Shown here piece by piece: positions 56,301 to 64,000 of a stretch of DNA of 64,000 nucleotides (position 1 is its first letter; the number at the start of each line of letters is the position of its first letter). The notes beneath the pieces are model-generated. The model ran no database searches, had not been told where the DNA came from, and saw only the letters and a program-made list of their open reading frames with translations. The stretch is taken from NCBI GenBank assembly GCA_030141605.1, contig JAQGDQ010000120.1, positions 522,630-586,629 of the forward strand, in the 5' to 3' direction. Source of the DNA: Tubiluchus corallicola. Its lineage: Eukaryota > Animalia > Priapulida. The position numbers and the translations under genes were made by a program.

Positions 56301-56405
56301 CTATACAAATGATGGACTGGCAGCAGAATTCCCTTGATTTTCAAGAAAAGCTGCTTTAAATTCAGGTCCTAGAGTTTCTAGCTCTCTTTCGTCACGTAAA
56401 ACACC
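56301..56405 (-). CDS. MNS1: MNS1 terminal exon
   Basis: GVLRDERELETLGPEFKAAF...SFV*. Confidence 0.88.
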   Translation of the reverse strand, partial: GVLRDERELETLGPEFKAAFLENQGNSAASPSFV

Positions 56406-59400
56406 CTAGAAAAACATATGCAAAAAGCCTTGAAGTATGTATAAACCACACAGCTAATAAATGGCTTAGAAAATGTTAGTTTTGTGTTGTAAATATGTAA
56501 TGCTAGGATTGCAACTTTTTGAAGCTAAGTATATGATAAACTATTTATTTCTTAACTCAGAATTTAAGCTGACCGAGCATCTGAATGAAATCCTTATTTG
56601 CCAAATGTACTGCAAACAGGGCGTCATACATACATCAAAAAAGTCAGTAATCCAATATGTTTACAGTACTGTAAAAATATAGTGATACGTTTTATGTCAT
56701 ATATGTTTATGCCACAACTCAAAAACTGCAAAGGGCTGGGGTACCAAAATTTATACAAGTTTACAGTATTTGGTAAAGGATGCAATTTGGTGTTGAGTTA
56801 ATTGTGAACCTCAAAAGATTTATCAAGTTCCAAGATTGTAACAGTTCCGACACTACTACGAGTTTGTAATCATCAATTGGTATAATTATCAAGTTGCAAA
56901 GAATTAGGCTGATGCATTCATTTATCTTAAAGGGACCAAAGCAATTCAAAAACAATGAATGACGAGTTAGCAATAGATGACAAGTAAGTAAACAATTGTA
57001 CACAATTCACTGTACTGGGTACTGGATAGGGGTGAAAAATAATCATTCTAGTTTTTCCTAAACTCTTTTGTTGCATACTGACATGTAGTATAATGCAATA
57101 ATATTGTAAATTTCAAAAAAAGTTAAATTATCGACATATGAAAGGTGACTATGGAATCAGTGCTACATAAAGAATTAATGCATCCTTGTATACATCAACA
57201 TCAATATGATAGTACCAGTAATCAAATACTTGTATTAAATACACTATGTTTAAACATACAATGTCCATACTCATACTTTGTAAACTGTCAAAAAATTGCA
57301 GAGATTTTGTAAGCACAGTAATGACTGACTATGTATTTTATCATGTACAGCACTACCTTTGGCAGATGTCCAAGAAGTTTTACTGCATGTTCCTCAAGTA
57401 ACCGACGTCTCTCTTGTTCAATAATCTGCTTACGAATTAATTCTAGTTGCTCTTCTTCTTGCCACTCCTGTTTCATTCTCTCCTACAGACGAATTAAAGG
57501 AATTACATGGACATTAAAAATAAAGTTTGCCTGTGAAAGCCAAACAAGTGAATTAACAAAATATTAATCAGTGAATTTTTGAACTGCATGAGTGAGACTC
57601 AATTGAACTGGACACTTGACATAACGTATAAGCACAAAAAGCTTAAATGTAGTTTATATTTTAAGCCAGAAGTAAAGATAAGCAGAAAATGGACATCACT
57701 ATAGAATATTCCACCTTTTCTGCAGCTTTGGCAGCTCGTTTCTGTTCGATCAGAGCCTCAACTTGTCGCTTGTGGTCTAGCGTCCTCATACGACGCTTCT
57801 GTTCGTTCATTTGTTCTATGCGATCATCATTTGCAAGCTTCTCTAACCACTGTAACAGAAAGCAAATTTGCATACAAGCAAATCAAGGAAACATCCTCAG
57901 CCTAACATACCTTAATATTCTGTTACAATCTTTTCAGTTATTTTCTTTATTTTCTTTTCAGACATTTTGGTTATGGTTTGCTGCCAATTTCTGTGAAGTT
58001 TTGCACTAAACTGCCAAATTGACATCTGTGGTTACATAAATGCAGCCAACTCTTCAATCTTGTTGTGCAGATCTGGGCAAATTTAATAAAAGCAACAGAA
58101 GAAAAAACAAGGAAAGTGAAACATTACATTGTGCGAACTTTGTAAACTGTGCACTAGTATCAACATGGCCTTATGTGTACAAGGGTTTAGTTGTTCTTTG
58201 TTTATTATGATTCCAGGCAGAATTCCAGGATGCGCCAAAATCTTCAAACATTCATTAAGTTTAACTTTAGTATAAAGTCTAGTATCAAGGCTAATAAACA
58301 AAATATAAGTGCACTGCATATCTAAATTGTATATTTTACTGTTATATGTAAAAATCACAGAACACAAAATTATACAAGCAAAGGACGAAATAGGTACCAT
58401 GCTAATACAGTGAACAATTTCACTACTTGATTATTTATAATCATTATGAAATCCTGCAAAAATATTTTAATGGGGAGGCTCAAAAAATGCAAAAGTTAAT
58501 ACAGGGGATTCCAAATGCAACACATACTTCTTCATTTGCATATATAAAGGGTTAAAAATGCCATTCACTTTGCAGCAAACAAGTCATCACCATGCAAACT
58601 AACCTCATTACTGGCGATAACAAAAATAAATTTAATACCCACTTCTTTACGGAATTGTTCCTCTTCTTCTTTTTCGAGTTGTCGGCGCTGTTCTTTGGCT
58701 TCCATTTGCTGACGGTATGTTTTTTGTAACTCGTCTCTCAGTTTCAGTCTCCTTGCAATCTCTTCTTCATCTGCTTCTCGTTGGGCTTCATACTGCTCCT
58801 CATAAAATAGCTCATTGCGGATTCGTTCCAACTCCGCATTCTCATCCCTGGCATGTTTCATTCGTTCTACAATCTAGTACAATCAAACATCATTTAATTT
58901 ATTTTCTATAACCCAATTTAAATGTTTACCCAAGCAAGCTGACAGCTCCAAGAACCAATAACTTTTACTTGCTGTAAATGTAAAAGTATTGGGGAATGGA
59001 AAGACGAAATGTTTGTTACTGAGATGTCACCCATCACGGGATAGCATTTTGAGTCTAATAATTTTGTATAGCTGGTATTCACAATTTGTTATATTACATG
59101 AGAAGCTTACAAATAATTCAACTAGTTCCCAAACGGTTGTGACATAAAACATGCTGACTCATCTTTTGTGGTAAGTCAATTAATGTGGCTGGCTGAAAGA
59201 AGATGGGCATTTAGTACTATGAAGTAATAAATTTGCAAGAAAATTAGTAGTAGTCATGTTTGCATTTATAGATAACCAATAAAGAAGATTTAATAATAAG
59301 TGCGATAAGCACCTTGTGTAATTAAAAAATCAATTTAAAGTCTCTATCATTTCAAGCTCTCGCACTTCCAAAAATAAATGGCTATTCTTTCACCAATGAC

Positions 59401-62400
59401 ATCGTTCATCAATTGATAAAAGCAGCATACTGTCTTTTTCCGTCAAAAGTTTTAAGTTTTTACAAACAATTTTGTGATGCTTTTGCATGAACATTAGGTA
59501 AGCTGCAGAAGTTTGAATTAGTAAAACCGTGCTAATGGCAAGCTACGATGTGCTTACAAAAAGTCACAAAGTCCACCAGTTACATCACAATTTTTGAATG
59601 AATGGCAGCTACCACCTTGCCTGAAAATTTCTACATTGCGGTAGTATAAAATGACTTTATGCTTTACAGACACTTTTTTTGCAAATTTTTTCATTACACT
59701 TTTTAAGTTCAAGTGGTAACAGTAAAGCGATACGTGCTGTACTTTAATGAGCCTAGGGCATCTAAGTATACTCTACCAGCATTTGACGTTGTTTTACAAT
59801 GTCATTCTTTTCTTTTTTTAGCTCTGCCATTTTTTCTGCCCTTTCTTCTTGCAACTTGGCAAATTCCAAAATGCGCTTGTTCTCTGCTTCCCTTTCTAGC
59901 CTTTCCTTTTCTTTCCACTCTTCCTGTGTCTGTCGAAACTCTTCCATGTATTCTTGTAGTTCTTTTTGTTTGGACCACTTCTTATTTAGTAAGCTAAACC
60001 AATTAAAATGTTTATTTCATGAATAACTTCACGAAAACAACATGCACATCTGATGTTACTAGGTGGGCAACACAAGTGATAAATAGTATACTAGACTGAT
60101 GCAGTTGGTGGAGTTGATGACATCGCATATAGCACTCAATGTGTCACTTTCTTACTTTGACTTGTTATATGTCCATATTGATATGTCAGTCTAATGAATT
60201 AAACTTAGCCTACTTGTGATAAAGTAGTAAGTAAGCTGACAGCTTATACATGTGAAAAGCATCAACTACATCTCCATCTCCCATCCAAGAAAAAGATTTC
60301 GAGTCTAAAGTCTAACCAGCATGTACTACTAAACATGTGTAAAAAAGAAAATGGCTTGTAATTCACAGTGCCCTGCACACTTACAGAGAAAGTGCAAAAA
60401 TGAAAAAACAGCTATTTTCTGCCTATTCTGAATGTTTTTGCAAGACTATAAGTCTGCTACTAATATAAGAGATATTTTTGTTGTTTGTTTAAAATGTATG
60501 TAAATGACGATAAAAGTCTATTTGACTTAAGACTGTTAAAATTTCAAGTGTTATCAACATTTTGACTGGAAATTTAGTTACGATTGATCTTCTTCATGAA
60601 TCTTCCGAACAATTTCATCGATGATTAGCTTCTCCTTCAAAAACTCTTCATAAGCTGCACGTCTTTGTTGCTCTTGGTCTTCTAACTGCTGTTCTAATTG
60701 CTGAAAGAAAAAGCATTTAAATCATTTGACATTTTGCTAATTTAACCAGTTTTAATAATTTCAAACATCAATTCACTAACAGCTCTTCCTGTGTCTGTTG
60801 AAGCTCTTCCATGTAAATCACACACAGATATGATCAAACGTAAAATTTCAAAAAATATAGGTGTCATATGTAGGACTAAAAATTGCTTCACTAATTTACA
60901 TCTAATAACCTTGCACAGTTGTTTATTACTACCATACCTCACATACTATTGTGAGGTATATCTCTTGGGGACATACATATACAATTAATATAAGTAAATT
61001 AGGAGTTATCCAAAAAAATTCTTAGAATCACCTGTAATCTTAGAAAAAGAGAACATCTTTTTTTTGTTTAACATGTTTCAAAACTAATAACACTTTAATT
61101 ATTGACGATTTACTATAAATGAATGCAGCTATATACATGTATAAAACTGTTAATTTTATGTTTTAATTGTGAGTTACATCTTTCAACTTGGTGTCAGAAG
61201 TGGAGGCATATCATCAAGGACTTGCATATATTGTGTTTACCATTATTTTGAGAATTCTCTATGTGAAGGATATCAAATACGGTTCAGCTACTTATATGTC
61301 TATAATACTGTGCGATCTTTTGAAAGATGTCGAAAACAAAACCACAGAAATTAGTGTTGAGTACGGGCAAGAATCAGTTTAATTGTGGCTCTAACAGTTT
61401 ATTCACAATCGTCTTACATCCACATTCTACAATCTGCCACCTTCAATCATCCAAACTCTCGCGCTCCAAACACGGACTGATTACACACTAAATAGGCCCT
61501 ATGCAACTTGGCTTCCTCCCTCCCTGGAGGAGGAAGGGCCATTGCGACACCCAGCAGTTGTCACCCATCACCTAACATCTAAACTTGACATTTTGAGGGA
61601 CACAACCTGCATTTATAACAACAGTAACTGCAATTATTTATATCCCGGATCTTACGACGGTTAAAATATTTTTGTTAATATTGGATTGTTTAATAGATTA
61701 CACATATCACTTAACATTTTGCGGGACAAAACCTGCCTTTATAACACTATAGTTACAATTATTCAAGTTCTGGATCTGCTTCCCCTCTGAGGGATGGGTT
61801 AAATTATTTTTTTATATGTTGGAGTGTCAATAGGTGACGGGTATGAGTGATGTCACTCTAATCCCTGACACTGAGTTGACGGATATCCACCATCCTGGAT
61901 CCTCTGCAGCTCCCTCCCTCCCTGGGGACGAGGATAAACTTTGTTTTGTCTATGTTGGATTGTCAGTAGGTGACAGGATATTTAACTTTTTGCACTGAGC
62001 TGAGCTTTATTTAATGTTTTACAGACCCATGCACATTGTAACTCTGACACGTGTAAAGTTTTTCTGTTAAAAATTAACCTATCAATTCTGTCTTTAACGA
62101 ATTCAGCCTCAACTAACCAATTCTCTATATGACTGTAGCTACTTCTTCCAGAAATTTAGTATCACGTTAAGCGTCAATGCAGAAAATGCATCTTTGCGGT
62201 AGTCTCAAAGTAGTTGATCTAATTGGGCAATTATGTCTCTATATTGAGGGCTTTCTAACTGAAAGTACTATGATGCAATAGTACAAATGTATGAGTATAT
62301 ATACAATTATACATAGACAGTCCCACATGAAGGGATTTTTATTGTGCGCAGGTGTGTTATCAACAAAGTAAACACCCTATCATTGCAGTTGTAGAATAGG

Positions 62401-63075
62401 CAGCATTTCATACAGGTAATTTTCTTGTCTTCTATGAAAGAGAGGATAGCCATTTACAAATATTAGGGATGTAAATGATGGTGTAAAGAAGCACATATAA
62501 GAGTGCTGTTGTTCCACAGTGAGGTAAGAGTGAAATACGAAATAAGGTACATCAGTTCACTAAACAATTTTTTGAGATGTCTAAAGAGAAAAAATGGAAA
62601 GATTTGGAAATTGGAAAGAGCTATTAATGTTCATTATATAGATTTTTTTTCTATAGTACGTGCCTTTTGGTATTTAAGAGCTTGCTGATATTTGATGAGC
62701 TCCTTTTCTCTGTCTTCTTCTTCCCATTGTTGTCGCTGTGCTTCCATGATTTTAACATTCTTGGCAATATCAACCTATAAAATAGGAATTCTATTGTGAT
62801 AATGAATGTAACAGTTATTACACACCAGCCATACTGCTACACAAAGTGAGTTAGCAATAATAATACTAATTTTTGAGATTGGGTATAAAAAGTGCATAAT
62901 AATTCACACTGACAAATGAGATAATTTGCATTGCAATAAAAGTATTTCCAAAAAATAATGTTGCAAACTTACAAGCTTTTCTTCTTTTGATGTTTCTTTC
63001 TCTGCTATTTGAGCTCGAAGAGTTTTGACTGTATACCCAGCCTTTAGCTTTCTTTCAAGATCTCGAATTTCCGCA
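56301..63075 (-). CDS. MNS1: Meiosis-specific nuclear structural protein 1 (trichohyalin-plectin-homology coiled coil, ciliary microtubule inner protein), 5'-incomplete
   Basis: Exons 62973-63075, 62664-62774, 60582-60700, 59777-59993, 58643-58873, 57715-57849, 57357-57482 and 56301-56405. MNS1-type motifs: EIRDLERKLKAGY, AYEEFLKEKLIIDEIVRKIHEEDQ, DDRIEQMNEQKRRM, LLEEHAVKLLGHLPKGV. Stop TAG at 56301-56303. Confidence 0.92.
57357..57482 (-). CDS. MNS1: MNS1 exon
   Basis: ERMKQEW...IIEQERRRLLEEHAVKLLGHLPK. Confidence 0.9.
57715..57849 (-). CDS. MNS1: MNS1 exon
   Basis: WLEKLANDDRIEQMNEQKRRM...AEK. Confidence 0.9.
58643..58873 (-). CDS. MNS1: MNS1 exon
   Basis: IVERMKHARDENAELERIRNELFYEEQ...EEEQFRKE. 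Confidence 0.9.
59777..59993 (-). CDS. MNS1: MNS1 exon
   Basis: LLNKKWSKQKELQEYMEEF...ENKRILEFAKLQ. Confidence 0.88.
60582..60700 (-). CDS. MNS1: MNS1 exon
   Basis: QLEQQLEDQEQQRRAAYEEFLKEKLIIDEIVRKIHEEDQ. Confidence 0.9.
60805..61170 (+). mobile_element. Decayed CR1/L2-like LINE RT C-terminal fragment in MNS1 intron
   Basis: KSHTDMIKRKISKNIGVICRTK...LLLPYLTYYCEV resembles the CR1/L2-group pattern H..KISK.IG.L.R....LI.PYL.Y..EVW. Confidence 0.7.
61580..61990. repeat. Degenerate ~130-150 bp tandem repeat
   Basis: ACATTTTG.GGGACA.AACCTGC.TTTATAACA near 61588 and 61714; TTGGA.TGT...TAG.T.AC near 61681, 61819 and 61955. Confidence 0.6.
62664..62774 (-). CDS. MNS1: MNS1 exon (probable GC donor)
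   Basis: VDIAKNVKIMEAQRQQWEEED...LKYQK|gcacgt. Confidence 0.8.
62973..63075 (-). CDS. MNS1: MNS1 exon
   Basis: AEIRDLERKLKAGYTVKTLRAQIAEKE; donor gtaagt. Confidence 0.9.
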
Positions 63076-64000
63076 CTACACAAAACAAAAACACATACTG
63101 TATGACTCCATATATTTTTAGACAAACTGCTCTAAACTAGCAAGGCCAGTGGAAAATATGAAGGCAGTTCAAGAAAAACAGAATTCTTGCAAGTGAGAGC
63201 TATTGTTAGTCTATGCAGGCAAATTATTTGGCATAAAATTGCAGAAATAAGAGACCTGTGAGGCCCAAGCAAATTGTTACCATTAAATACCGATGAGAAA
63301 TCATGAGAGTACTTCCTATTAAAGTAGTGATGAAAGAGCTTAATTGAGAAACAGACTTTCAATAAGAAAGAGAGTGTAGGGTTGCCCGCAGATTAAACCC
63401 AACCATCATTCAGTACTCTCCATGAAAATTTGAGACTCAATTTGTAAAGACAAAACACAGCAGCAAGAGTTTGATATTTTTGAGTAAGATACGCATCTTA
63501 CTTTCTGTGAAATGTTCTTAGACCCCTAATTCAATACACTCATATTCACAAAATGCAAAGTACTGCAACATTGTGTAAAACAACTAAGACATAGACCAAA
63601 CTGTGTCGAGATAAAACAAAATATTCAGAGTAAATTAAAATAGAAAGAGATCTTCAAACGTAGCTATAGAGCTTAAACTTTAAAGGAAAACCAAACCCAA
63701 TGTTAAACTACAGCTCAAAACAATCTACCAAATAAAATACTGAAACGGAACATGCTGTTTTTTAAAGAGTGACTTACGTGAAAGAATTATTACTGCAAAA
63801 ACGTAATTCCACGTTTGTGTGGCTAGTTCTTCACTGTTACATGCATTAAGCTATTAGCTAGTTAGACGTGCACTAGTGCTGCATCTCAGAAATGCTGTGC
63901 AGAAAAAATTAATGGTTTTGTACCTCAGTTCGGAGTTGTATGGTTGTGACGTAGTACAGAAGTTCAAGATCTCATGCATGAACACAACGGTAAACTTGAA

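Noticed and set aside
63777-64000. Donor-like sites as the next upstream MNS1 exon
   Set aside because: The phase-compatible translation is not coiled-coil or MNS1-like; the true exon is probably beyond the window.

Overview
AT-rich, intron-containing animal (invertebrate-like) genomic DNA with no prokaryotic features; most ORF-track entries are spurious or are single exons. Three conserved genes lie head-to-tail on the minus strand. MNS1: 8 coding exons at 56301-63075, 5' part beyond the window. ASCC3 helicase: complete, 23 coding exons at 28487-51404, ~2194 aa by my exon assembly. POLR2H/RPB8: 3 coding exons at 10457-26896, last exon not found and probably left of base 1. The POLR2H introns are very large and hold tandem duplications, TTAA-flanked Kolobok-like MITEs, LINE remnants, a 5S-like fragment and a near-perfect 139-bp inverted repeat. 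I found no clearly new multi-gene system. The best leads are a predicted spliced ASCC3 leader whose uORF stop overlaps an in-frame upstream ATG, the long intronic hairpin, and the tight ASCC3/POLR2H junction. Splice sites were read by eye; no database search was run.
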